NCBI GenBank assembly: GCA_051117555.1
Contig: JBNPEG010000021.1
Location: 1 to 37,747, forward strand
Length of the DNA stretch: 37,747 bases
Direction: 5' to 3'
Origin: Elainellaceae cyanobacterium
Lineage (GTDB): Bacteria > Cyanobacteriota > Cyanobacteriia > CAZCXK01
Shown: in pieces, positions 27,570-37,747 of the stretch
How positions within the stretch are numbered: the first letter of the stretch is position 1
Layout: every line of letters starts with the position of its first letter
The notes under the pieces: generated by a model
Told to the model about the DNA's origin: nothing
What the model saw: the letters and a program-made list of their open reading frames with translations, nothing else
Databases searched by the model: none
Position numbers and translations under genes: made by a program

Positions 27570-28631
27570 GTGAACAATCAGGATGACCTGGGAGTTGTCA
27601 TTTTGGGGGCGGGGCGATGGGGAACTCATTTAATCCGCAATTTTCTAAGTCAACCGTCATGCCGGATTATGGCGATCGCCGACCCCTCTACTGAGCGCTT
27701 GCACGCTGTATCTCAACAGTTTGACTTGGATTCGGCCACGACACTTACTCCCCATTGGGACGTTGCCTTAGATGTGTCCGATGTCGATGCCGCTATCGTT
27801 GCGACACCCGCCAGCACGCATACGATGCTGATTCGGGCGGCCTTGGAACGAGGGCATCACGTTTTAGCCGAAAAACCCCTGGCATTAAATCCTACCGAGG
27901 CGATCGCTCTCTGCCAGCTCGCTCAACGCCAGAAACGGCAGCTTGTTGTTGACCATACCTATCTCTTTCATCCAGCAATTCAAGCCGGACACCATTGGAT
28001 AAACGCCAATCGGTCCTCAATTCCCCACTACGGCTACGCTACCCGTACTCACCTCGGCCCCATTCGTCATGATGTGGATGCGCTTTGGGATTTAGCCATT
28101 CATGATATTGCGATTCTCAACTATTGGCTCAATGACGTCCCGATTCAGGCTCAAGCATACGGACAAACCTGGCTACATCGCAGCGTTCCTTCCCCTAATT
28201 CGGAGTCAAACCTGTCCGATTTAGTGTGGGTAAGATTGGTCTATCCAAGCGGGCTTCAAGCCTGGATTCATCTCTGTTGGCTCAATCCTGATAAGCAGCG
28301 CCGCCTTTGCCTGGTTAGCGATCGGGGCACGCTAATATTCGACGAACTACAGGCAGAATCGCCGCTCACCCTGCACCGAGGCTGCCTCGACTCCACTCCG
28401 GATGGCTTTCATCCGATTTATCAAGAAAAGGCAATAATTCCTGTACTGCCAGAGGAACCCCTTCAGCGCGTTTGTGCTCACTTTTTGCAATGTGCTCGCT
28501 ATAACCAACCATCCCCTATCTCAGCGGGATGGGTCGGCGTTCAGCTCATCCAAATTATTGATGCGTTAGCGCGATCGCTCAATCAAGAAGGCTCTCTCGT
28601 TCATCTCAGCCCGCTTTCACGCGAATCATGA
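27570..28631 (+). CDS. Gfo/Idh/MocA family oxidoreductase
   Basis: GAGRWG, ATPASTH, HVLAEKP, DLAIHD motifs. Confidence 0.92.
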   Translation: MNNQDDLGVVILGAGRWGTHLIRNFLSQPSCRIMAIADPSTERLHAVSQQFDLDSATTLTPHWDVALDVSDVDAAIVATPASTHTMLIRAALERGHHVLAEKPLALNPTEAIALCQLAQRQKRQLVVDHTYLFHPAIQAGHHWINANRSSIPHYGYATRTHLGPIRHDVDALWDLAIHDIAILNYWLNDVPIQAQAYGQTWLHRSVPSPNSESNLSDLVWVRLVYPSGLQAWIHLCWLNPDKQRRLCLVSDRGTLIFDELQAESPLTLHRGCLDSTPDGFHPIYQEKAIIPVLPEEPLQRVCAHFLQCARYNQPSPISAGWVGVQLIQIIDALARSLNQEGSLVHLSPLSRES

Positions 28632-30641
28632 CCGGCTGATCGACGCTGAGCGAGGTGTGTCTAGAGACGGCAGCCCTGAAGACGGGATGTCAGCAACAGG
28701 AAGCGCAATTTCAACCGTCGTTCCTTGTCCAATGCCAGCACTGTGCAGAGAAATTCCACCCCCCATCAGCTCGATTAGGTTTCGAGAAATTGCTAAGCCC
28801 AAGCCCGTTCCCTCAAATTTTCGCGTGGTACTCCCATCGACCATGACGAAGGGACGGAAAAGTTTGTGCTGCTGAGTTGGATCGATGCCAATGCCGGTAT
28901 CTTCAACAGATACAATAATCCACGAATCGAATGCGTTGGATGGATAGAGATTAGGTGATGAATCGCTACCATACCCCTGAGAGCTATTGTGAGAGCTATT
29001 GATCGTTGCAGGCCGTAGGGCAGCCGTTTCAATCCGAGCATCGATCATAATGCCGCCTTGATCGGTAAATTTAATTGCGTTGTAAATGACGTTTAAAAAT
29101 ACTTGCTTGAGTTTGGCAGGGTCAGCTTTCACAGTAATCGATTCAGGCAAATCAATAGCATTCAGCTTGAGCCCCTTTTGATGAATTTGAACGGCTTGTA
29201 AATCAATGACTTCTCGCAAAATCTGCTGCAAATCGACGGGTTCCATCACAAGTGAAACGGTTCCAGCCTCAATCTTGGCAATGTCGAGTAAGTCGTTGAT
29301 AATTTTCAGCAAATGCACAGCCGCTTCATCGGCCCGTTCTAAAAATTCCATTTCTTCCTCGTGGCCATCGCAGCAATCATCTCGGACGAGACGAATGCAG
29401 CCAATAATTGCATTAAGAGGCGTGCGGAGTTCGTGGGATGTATTTGCCAAAAATTCGTTCTTGAGCTGATTAGCAGTTTCTGCTTCCTGCCATGCGGATT
29501 CCAGTTCTCTAGCCCGATCTTCGAGACTCTTCACCATCTTGTCGAGTACTTCCGCAAGCTGATTGATCTCACGAATTCTAAAGTTTTTAGGCGTTTTCTC
29601 TAGGGGACCTCGATCTTGGATATGTCGCGCATATTTGCCGAGCTGTTCGATCGGGCGAGCCAAATCTCTCGCCATAATCAGCATGCCAGCGAGTAGAGCT
29701 GCTAGCAACGCGGTCGTCGACACCACTAAAATTCGTTTGATGTCTTGTAGCCCGTGCAGTGCGCTATCGAGGCGAGTGACCGCTAAGACAACCCATGTTT
29801 GCTCATCAGAGGGCGTCAGTGAAATAGAAAGAGGCGTATAGCCCGCTAACCATTCTGTATTATTTCCTAGAAATAGGAGATGACGAACGTCCTGCTCACC
29901 TCGTAACGCGCTATTCATAATATTTTGAAATCGTTCGTCGCCTTTTTCGTCCTCGATGTTCTTTCCAACTCGATTCGCCAGAGGATGAGCGAGAAATGTA
30001 CCGTCATCTCGCAAAATGACGGTGTAGCCAAGCAGCGACCCTGCTTCACCGCTTTCAAGCTGTCGAAGCACCGCTTGTGCACTGAGAACGTAGCGTAACT
30101 GTTGTGACTTGTCGTAGACAGGCGTACTTACGACTAAATCAAGCTGGCTTTGTAATTCAGATTGTTCGGATTGCTGACTCGTCGGCGAAAGCACTGGATA
30201 TACCTGATAGCGATCGCCACTAGAAAAATCGTCTGTTTGAGCCCAATGTTGTACTGATGGAAATTCGATGAACTGGTTTCCGCATGTGCTCGCCACAATC
30301 TCCTGAGTTTGCCAGTCAGTGAGCTGTAAGCAGGTTACATCCGTTGGAAGTTCTGGCTCCAGTCTTTCCAAAAATGATTGAGAAATATCGACTGAAGCTG
30401 CCTGTAGGGCTGATGTTTGACTCGCAGTCAGCAGATTTGTCTTGAGAGCTTGAACAGAAATTTGGACATTCTCTGCTTTGCGCTGAGCACTCTCAGTCAG
30501 ATTTTGGCGTGCTGTATAGAGAAGACTTGAGCGAGCCTTCTTGAAAACGACAGCGAGTCCGATTAGCAAGACAGGCACGCTAAGCAGCAAAATCCGAAAT
30601 AGGAGGATACGGCGGAAGGAGGGTTGACGGAGCATAGCCAT
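28626..30641 (-). CDS. Membrane sensor histidine kinase (Cache-like, HAMP, HisKA, HATPase)
   Basis: Two TM helices; FLANTSHELRTPLN H-box; NAIKFT, DTGIGI, GTGLGL. Confidence 0.95.
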   Translation of the reverse strand: MAMLRQPSFRRILLFRILLLSVPVLLIGLAVVFKKARSSLLYTARQNLTESAQRKAENVQISVQALKTNLLTASQTSALQAASVDISQSFLERLEPELPTDVTCLQLTDWQTQEIVASTCGNQFIEFPSVQHWAQTDDFSSGDRYQVYPVLSPTSQQSEQSELQSQLDLVVSTPVYDKSQQLRYVLSAQAVLRQLESGEAGSLLGYTVILRDDGTFLAHPLANRVGKNIEDEKGDERFQNIMNSALRGEQDVRHLLFLGNNTEWLAGYTPLSISLTPSDEQTWVVLAVTRLDSALHGLQDIKRILVVSTTALLAALLAGMLIMARDLARPIEQLGKYARHIQDRGPLEKTPKNFRIREINQLAEVLDKMVKSLEDRARELESAWQEAETANQLKNEFLANTSHELRTPLNAIIGCIRLVRDDCCDGHEEEMEFLERADEAAVHLLKIINDLLDIAKIEAGTVSLVMEPVDLQQILREVIDLQAVQIHQKGLKLNAIDLPESITVKADPAKLKQVFLNVIYNAIKFTDQGGIMIDARIETAALRPATINSSHNSSQGYGSDSSPNLYPSNAFDSWIIVSVEDTGIGIDPTQQHKLFRPFVMVDGSTTRKFEGTGLGLAISRNLIELMGGGISLHSAGIGQGTTVEIALPVADIPSSGLPSLDTPRSASISRS

Positions 30642-30946
30642 GGAGACGTTCCAACTGACAAATGCGAAACCTAGGACGGTAGGCTAATTTAAAGAGTAGT
30701 ATTCAACAAAGCTTGCAAGCTTGAGCATCCCCTGAGATATCAAAGCCTCTTGACATAGATGAAGTATCGAATAAGCCTCTGGGCAAATATTAAAACCCAA
30801 ACCGCCCAGCCCTGTTTTAACTGATTTGACTGTAATCCAAAACTGCTGATGAAATGTCGTATCGTCATTTGACGAATTCAGAAAGATGGGTCTCAATGGA
30901 TTACTGACTAGGTTAACAGTTCTTGAGTTTCCAACGTTATTGATGA

Positions 30947-32116
30947 ATGTCTAAACAAACCAAGCTTAGCTATTCCATTGCTTGGATTAATCGAATTGCT
31001 GACGTTCCTCAACAGGAGTGGGATGCGTTGGCAATGCCGCTAAAAACTCCCTTCTTCGAGTGGGCATGGCTGAACAACATGGAGGCGTCGGGGAGCGCAA
31101 CGGCCCAAGCAGGATGGCTACCCAATCATTTAACAATCTGGCGAGGACGTACCCTAGTCGGAGCAGCTCCTCTCTACTTAAAGGGACACAGCTATGGCGA
31201 ATTTGTCTTCGATCACCAATGGTCTGATTTGGCGTATCGCTTAGGTGTGCAATATTATCCCAAACTATTGGGAATGTCACCCTTTACTCCAGTCGAAGGA
31301 TATCGATTTTTGATCGCTCCGGACGAAGATGAGGACGAATTGACGGGGATGATGGTAGGAGCCATCGATCATTTTTGCGATCGCCATACGATATCGGGCT
31401 GCAATTTTTTATATGTCGATCCCGATTGGCGATCGCGCATGGAACAGCTTGGCTTTACGAGTTGGCTTCATCATAGCTACGTCTGGGCAAATGATGGGTA
31501 TACCACGTTCGATGATTATTTGGCTGCCTTCAATGCCAATCAACGACGCAATATCAAGCGCGAGCGCAAAGCCATCGAAAAAGCTGGGCTATATATCAAG
31601 CCATTACTGGGTGACGACATTCCTAAGTCTCTATTCTCGTCGATGTATCACTTTTATAGCGATACCTGTGACAAGTTTGGCTGGTGGGGCAGCAAATATT
31701 TAACTCGCCAGTTTTTTGAGCAGCTCTATAGCTCATATCGCCATCGTGTACTGTTTATGGCAGCCTATGATCAGCACGATGAGCGAAAACCCGTTGGCAT
31801 GTCCTTTTGTCTGACGAAAGGCGATCAGCTGTATGGTCGCTATTGGGGATCATTGCAAGAATTTGACTGTTTGCACTTTAATGCCTGCTACTATGCCCCT
31901 ATCGAATGGGCGATCGCCCATTCCATTCAGGTCTTTGACCCCGGCGCTGGAGGACGACACAAAAAACGTCGAGGGTTTCCAGCGACTCCTAACCATAGCC
32001 TGCACCGATTTTACAACCCCCGTCTGAATCAGATTCTTTCGTCGTATATGGGCGAAGTCAACGCACTTGAGCAACGAGAGATTGAGTCAATCAATCAGGA
32101 ACTGCCGTTCAAGTAA
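30947..32116 (+). CDS. GNAT/FemAB-like protein (DUF482 family)
   Basis: PLYLKGHSYGEFVFDHQW, YYPKL..PFTP, LYGRYWG, LHFNACYY, GAGG.HK..RGF. Confidence 0.9.
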   Translation: MSKQTKLSYSIAWINRIADVPQQEWDALAMPLKTPFFEWAWLNNMEASGSATAQAGWLPNHLTIWRGRTLVGAAPLYLKGHSYGEFVFDHQWSDLAYRLGVQYYPKLLGMSPFTPVEGYRFLIAPDEDEDELTGMMVGAIDHFCDRHTISGCNFLYVDPDWRSRMEQLGFTSWLHHSYVWANDGYTTFDDYLAAFNANQRRNIKRERKAIEKAGLYIKPLLGDDIPKSLFSSMYHFYSDTCDKFGWWGSKYLTRQFFEQLYSSYRHRVLFMAAYDQHDERKPVGMSFCLTKGDQLYGRYWGSLQEFDCLHFNACYYAPIEWAIAHSIQVFDPGAGGRHKKRRGFPATPNHSLHRFYNPRLNQILSSYMGEVNALEQREIESINQELPFK

Positions 32117-32155
32117 GCTTTGCAAGCAAGCTTCGGATGATAGATACGTCAGTAC

Positions 32156-32644
32156 TCAAGGACAGGTTGTTCCAACAACATCGGGAATGCGCCCCAGCTG
32201 TCCTTCGCAGAGAATTGCAAATGCTGTTGTCCCATCTCCAGTAGGGCCAATCCAAACCTTGCCAGAAAATCCCCGAATTCCGCTGTGCTCTCCGATCGGA
32301 GCTGCCGTCGTCATTGCGATAGAGTCTGGACTGAGTCCCAGCGGCAATGACGTGTAAAGGTAATATCGAGAATCGGTCTTAAATCCCAACTCCAGATCAG
32401 TCAGACTCCCAAAACGGTTGTGCTCGACATAGTGAAACTGTTGTGCTCGGTTAATGGTAGACACAAAGGCTCGTGCCTCTGACTCTTTGGCTTTATTAAG
32501 TTGTGCCAATACGGACGGAAGAGCGATCGCTGAGAGAATTGCTAACACGAAAACGACGACCATCAACTCAATGATCGTAAAGCCTTGATACCTCGTGCGA
32601 GATTGGCTCGCGCGGTAGATAAAATGACAGACAATCAGAGGCAT
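32156..32644 (-). CDS. Type IV pilin-like protein (cyanobacterial pilin G/H type)
   Basis: Prepilin site QG|FTIIELMVVV..AIALPS; KAKESEA..INRAQQ; C-terminal Cys pair. Confidence 0.9.
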   Translation of the reverse strand: MPLIVCHFIYRASQSRTRYQGFTIIELMVVVFVLAILSAIALPSVLAQLNKAKESEARAFVSTINRAQQFHYVEHNRFGSLTDLELGFKTDSRYYLYTSLPLGLSPDSIAMTTAAPIGEHSGIRGFSGKVWIGPTGDGTTAFAILCEGQLGRIPDVVGTTCP

Positions 32645-32888
32645 AAATGTTTACATCGCAAAGTTTAGGAGAGGAACTAAACAATCAGTGGACGGGCCCG
32701 GCTTGGCGTGGGCGAGGTGCTTCCGTAACCAAACAGGCATCCGGTTAAATTCGTAACCCACTAATTTCTTTATGCACAGAATTCTTTAAGAGTCCGGATT
32801 ATCCCGGTTGACAACCCGCAGAAAAAAATTTATCCCAATCATCGGGCGAATTAATCCGTCAAGGAAAATGTCATCCAGGAACTATCTC

Positions 32889-32960
32889 AGCACTTCACCC
32901 GAAGCACTTCACCCGATAATTCAACGAAATCTATCGAAATCTATTGAAATCTGTCGAATC
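32889..32960. repeat. Short tandem repeats (14-mer twice, 10-mer three times)
   Basis: AGCACTTCACCCGA twice at 32889-32916; CGAAATCTAT CGAAATCTAT TGAAATCTGT at 32925-32954. Confidence 0.75.
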
Positions 32961-33126
32961 GTACCAATCCGTCAAGGAAGGATCATAGATATAGCGTTAG
33001 CCAGATAGCTTAGGACATGACTCCTGCCTGAAACCAAAGCTGGGGGAAGCTATCTGGCGTGCAACCGCATCAAGAACTGTGGCGGCTGCTATAAACAGGC
33101 TGAATTCCTTTCAGGATTTGTGTCCG

Positions 33127-33167
33127 CCAATCCAAAATCGCCAATCCAAAATCGAGAATTGACATAA
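33127..33167. repeat. Second copy of the 14-bp repeat element (two units plus end motif)
   Basis: CCAATCCAAAATCG twice then AGAATTGACATAA; reverse complement of the 21241 element. Confidence 0.85.
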
Positions 33168-33224
33168 GACCCTATCTAAGGGTTCAGTGAAGAATTTGGA
33201 ATATGCCATGTAAACTCTTTCCGT

Positions 33225-33257
33225 AATGTAACAATCTGCAACATAGACTTTTATAAT
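33225..33257 (+). promoter_or_regulatory. crtP promoter with putative HLR1 (RpaB) site
   Basis: Minus-strand GTTGCAGA-TT-GTTACATT at 33225-42; -10 TATAAT at 33252-57. Confidence 0.55.
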
Positions 33258-33294
33258 AAGAACTACGAATAAACCTAGCTCTAGAGGGTATTAG

Positions 33295-34731
<1,437 letters not shown>

Positions 34732-34839
34732 TGTAGAAAGCTAAAGCTGTGTTTGAAGATTCGCGTTGTTGAGCGCTGAGAGCTATAAGCTATAAGCTAA
34801 TGGCTGATTGCTCCGATGTTTTTTCCAGTCTGCGATGTA

Positions 34840-35769
34840 ATGCTGCAATTGCCCGACTCTCCCCCTAAAACTAAGTTGGTACCTCTAGAGGACGCATACG
34901 AACTCTGTCGTCAAATTACTGCTAAGTACTCCAAGACGTTTTACTTGGGTACATTATTGATGTCGGAAGAAAAACGCCGAGCCATCTGGGCTATTTATGT
35001 GTGGTGCCGTCGTACGGATGAACTGGTCGACGGGCCTGGAGCCGCATCAACGACTCCCGCGACCTTGGATCAATGGGAACAAAATTTAGAGGCGGTCTTT
35101 TCAGGGCATCCGGTTGATGATTTGGATGTGGCGCTTGTCGATACGCTGGAGCGTTTTCCAATCGACATTCAACCCTTTCGCGACATGATCGCAGGGCAGC
35201 GTATGGATTTGTATCGCAGCCGATATCAAACCTTTCATGAGCTCAATCTCTATTGCTATCGAGTTGCCGGAACGGTGGGCCTGATGTCAAACGCTGTGAT
35301 GGGGATCGACACTTCTCAGGCAACGGCTCCTTGGGTCAATCCAGCCGATCTGCAAAGCCCAACCGAAGAGGCGATCGCCCTTGGGGTTGCCAATCAGCTC
35401 ACGAATATTCTGCGAGATGTCGGGGAAGATGCCCGTCGAGGTCGCATCTATATTCCGCTTGAGGATTTGGCGCTATTTAATTACACTGAGCAAGATTTGC
35501 TGGACGGAGTCATTGATGAACGGTGGCGAGAACTGATGCGGTTCCAAATTCAGCGGGCTCGAAAGTTTTATGCTAGTGCAGAGCAGGGGATAAGCAGGCT
35601 GAGCCCCGATGCGCGATTACCCGTCTGGGCAGCCCTGATGCTCTACCGGCAAATTCTAGATGTAATCGAACGAAATAGGTATGACGTGTTTACAAAACGG
35701 GCCTACGTTCCAGGAATTCGTAAGCTACTGACTGTGGCGATCGCCCGCATGCGATCGCAAGTTTTGTAA
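34840..35769 (+). CDS. crtB: Phytoene synthase
   Basis: [41 protein letters not shown]; start MLQLPD at 34840. Confidence 0.98.
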   Translation: MLQLPDSPPKTKLVPLEDAYELCRQITAKYSKTFYLGTLLMSEEKRRAIWAIYVWCRRTDELVDGPGAASTTPATLDQWEQNLEAVFSGHPVDDLDVALVDTLERFPIDIQPFRDMIAGQRMDLYRSRYQTFHELNLYCYRVAGTVGLMSNAVMGIDTSQATAPWVNPADLQSPTEEAIALGVANQLTNILRDVGEDARRGRIYIPLEDLALFNYTEQDLLDGVIDERWRELMRFQIQRARKFYASAEQGISRLSPDARLPVWAALMLYRQILDVIERNRYDVFTKRAYVPGIRKLLTVAIARMRSQVL

Positions 35770-35795
35770 TAATCTGTAATATTCTGGTTTAGAAT
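35763..35795 (+). promoter_or_regulatory. Putative HLR1 site plus -10 box upstream of the RpaB paralogue
   Basis: Minus-strand ATTACAGA-TT-ATTACAAA at 35763-80; -10 TAGAAT at 35790-95. Confidence 0.55.
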
Positions 35796-35863
35796 CAATA
35801 TCTAATCTTCAACCTTAAACGCTAAAGGCGTGTTGCTGCTGCTAGTAAGGAGTTCACAGAAAA

Positions 35864-36583
35864 TTGTCGAGGGAGACGAAAAAAATCTTGGTTGTAGATG
35901 ATGAAGATGCAATTCGCCAGATTTTAGCGACTCGGCTTGCGATGAGCGGATATGACGTGACGACTGCTGCTGATGGAGAAGAAGCCCTCCGCCTCTTTTC
36001 GCACGTAGCCCCCGATCTGATTGTCTTAGATCTGATGATGCCCAAATTAGACGGGCTCACGGCGTGTCGCGAGTTACGCAAAATCAGTGACGTACCGATC
36101 ATCATGCTGACAGCCTTGGGTCAAATTTCTGATCGAATCCAAGGATTAGAAATCGGCGCAGACGATTATGTCACCAAACCATTTTCACCTAAAGAGCTAG
36201 AAGCTCGGATTCGAGCCATTCTTAGACGAACTGAGCGATGGGATGGCACTAAAGGATCGACCCAAGAAAACGTCGATGTCATCCAAATGGGACGGCTGAG
36301 AATTGACATGAATAAACGGCAAGCCTTCGCGAATAATCAGCGCATTTGCTTGACTGGTATGGAATTTGATTTGCTCCAGTTGCTCATTCAAAATGCTGGT
36401 GAATCGGTATCTCGCGATGACATTTTGCAAAAAATTTGGGGATATAGCCCGTCTCGCCATTCTGATTTGAGAGTAGTTGATGTCCATATCTCTCGCTTGC
36501 GGGCAAAGCTAGAGGAAGATCCGACAAATCCTGAATTTATTCATACAGATCGCGGTAAAGGCTACTTCTTTCCCCCGATTTAG
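35864..36583 (+). CDS. OmpR-family response regulator, RpaB/Ycf27 paralogue (SrrA-like)
   Basis: KILVVDDE..IRQILATRL, LDLMMP, KPFSPKELEARIR, LTGMEF, RVVDVHISRLRAKLE.DP; TTG start after AAGGAG. Diverges from canonical RpaB in places. Confidence 0.85.
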   Translation: MSRETKKILVVDDEDAIRQILATRLAMSGYDVTTAADGEEALRLFSHVAPDLIVLDLMMPKLDGLTACRELRKISDVPIIMLTALGQISDRIQGLEIGADDYVTKPFSPKELEARIRAILRRTERWDGTKGSTQENVDVIQMGRLRIDMNKRQAFANNQRICLTGMEFDLLQLLIQNAGESVSRDDILQKIWGYSPSRHSDLRVVDVHISRLRAKLEEDPTNPEFIHTDRGKGYFFPPI

Positions 36584-36596
36584 TCTGAAAAGAAGC

Positions 36597-37613
36597 ATGG
36601 CGCGGTGGCTGATAGGTATGCCTTCTCTCTCTCAACTCGCGGTTTCATTCGCTCTAGGAAGCGTTGCTATCGGCATCACCTGGCTTCTCGTTCAGGGGAA
36701 TGACTCTTGGCGATCGCCCACCCCATCGGCATCTCTGCCTTCGGTTGAGCAACCTGCAAATTCTCATGCTCCCACTACTGAACGTCTTGCAACTCAGTGG
36801 TTTGTGACTCCTGCACAGGCGATCGCCCTGATCGCAGACGGCGCAACTCTTCTCGATGCCCGATCAAATCGCCAACACACCCGAGGCATGATAGATGGAT
36901 CGGTTGCCGTCAGTTGGCAGCAATTTTCTCAAGAAGATGCCCCAAACCGGGGAAAACTTCTCGATGATCCCACTCAGCTTGCCGAAGAACTCCAGAACGT
37001 CGGCGTTTCTAATAATGTCCCGATAGTAGTGGTGGGCGATCCTATCCGAGGATGGGGAGAAGATGGACGAATCGTTTGGATGCTGCGAACCCTAGGGCAT
37101 CAGCGCGCCGTGTTGGTTGATGGTGGCTATGATGCGCTAGTAGCAGCCGGAACACCAACGGTGGAATCAGTCTCGCGATCTGCAACGACTCCAGGAAATT
37201 TTGCGATCGATAGAACTCCTCAATGGACCATCCAGCGAGATGACCTTAAAGCAGCCCTCGATAACCCCCAGTGGGTGATCGTAGACGTGCGTGAAGATCG
37301 AGAATTTGCAGGGCACACGCCCTACGGGGAACAGCGTGGTGGACACGTGCCTGGAGCAGTGCATCTTTACTACAAAGATTTGATGGATGAACATGGCACC
37401 ATCCTTCCCCGGCGCGAACTGCTGCGGGTGTTAGCTCAGCATGGCATCCGACCGGATGCTCAGATTGCGGCTTATTGCACAGGAGGCATTCGCTCTGGGT
37501 GGGTTACGGCGGTGTTAACGAGTGTTGGGTTGGATGCCAAAAACTATGCTGGATCGATGTGGGAATGGGCAGCCTCACCGAGGGACGACTATCCGCTAGT
37601 TGAGGATGATTAG
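36597..37613 (+). CDS. Double-domain rhodanese / sulfurtransferase with N-terminal membrane anchor
   Basis: LLDAR, DGG, VDVRE..EF.G, GGHVPGA, active-site YCTGGIRS, YAGSMWEW. Confidence 0.9.
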   Translation: MARWLIGMPSLSQLAVSFALGSVAIGITWLLVQGNDSWRSPTPSASLPSVEQPANSHAPTTERLATQWFVTPAQAIALIADGATLLDARSNRQHTRGMIDGSVAVSWQQFSQEDAPNRGKLLDDPTQLAEELQNVGVSNNVPIVVVGDPIRGWGEDGRIVWMLRTLGHQRAVLVDGGYDALVAAGTPTVESVSRSATTPGNFAIDRTPQWTIQRDDLKAALDNPQWVIVDVREDREFAGHTPYGEQRGGHVPGAVHLYYKDLMDEHGTILPRRELLRVLAQHGIRPDAQIAAYCTGGIRSGWVTAVLTSVGLDAKNYAGSMWEWAASPRDDYPLVEDD

Positions 37614-37620
37614 GTCCCAT

Positions 37621-37659
37621 GATTTCCAATTAAGATTTCCAATTAAGATTTCTGTTAAG
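37621..37659. repeat. 13-bp tandem repeat
   Basis: GATTTCCAATTAA twice plus a degenerate third copy. Confidence 0.7.
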
Positions 37660-37747
37660 ACGGCAGCAGATTATGCTGCAAAGTCCCACATCACAGGGTT
37701 TTCGTCTAAGTAATTGGTGACGCTGCGCCCTATTTGATCAATAGTTG

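Noticed and set aside
32645..32830. Riboswitch upstream of the pilin-like gene
   Set aside because: A GC-rich patch is present, but I could not match c-di-GMP, c-di-AMP, cobalamin or ZTP consensus motifs. An Rfam scan would settle it.

Overview
Cyanobacterial chromosomal window (dense HIP1 octamer GCGATCGC, cyanobacterial rnpB, crtP-crtB, devH, RpaB-like regulator). Three zones. (1) About 1-4400 is an AT-rich, HIP1-poor accessory or defence-type island. It holds eroded toxin-antitoxin modules (DUF433/DUF5615-PIN, PemK/MazF, RelE), a Type ISP restriction-modification C-terminal remnant, a TIR-like remnant, a DDE-less IS1595-type Zn-ribbon/HTH ORF and four intact-looking orphan ORFs. (2) About 6000-14700 is a candidate betaine (glycine or proline betaine) uptake and demethylation cluster: Opu/Osm ABC transporter, PucR-family regulator, GbcA/Stc2-type Rieske oxygenase and a sarcosine-oxidase-family flavoenzyme, with no reductase gene in the window. 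(3) About 14800-37747 is mostly core genome: solute-binding proteins, peroxiredoxin-like protein, devH with a canonical NtcA promoter, DALR-domain protein, Yfr2 sRNA, HAD hydrolase, a nested repeat/REP/MITE cluster, CDF transporter, polA, rnpB-rnc, oxidoreductase, histidine kinase, GNAT-like protein, pilin-like protein, crtP-crtB, an RpaB paralogue and a rhodanese. All family calls come from motif recognition by eye; no database search was run.
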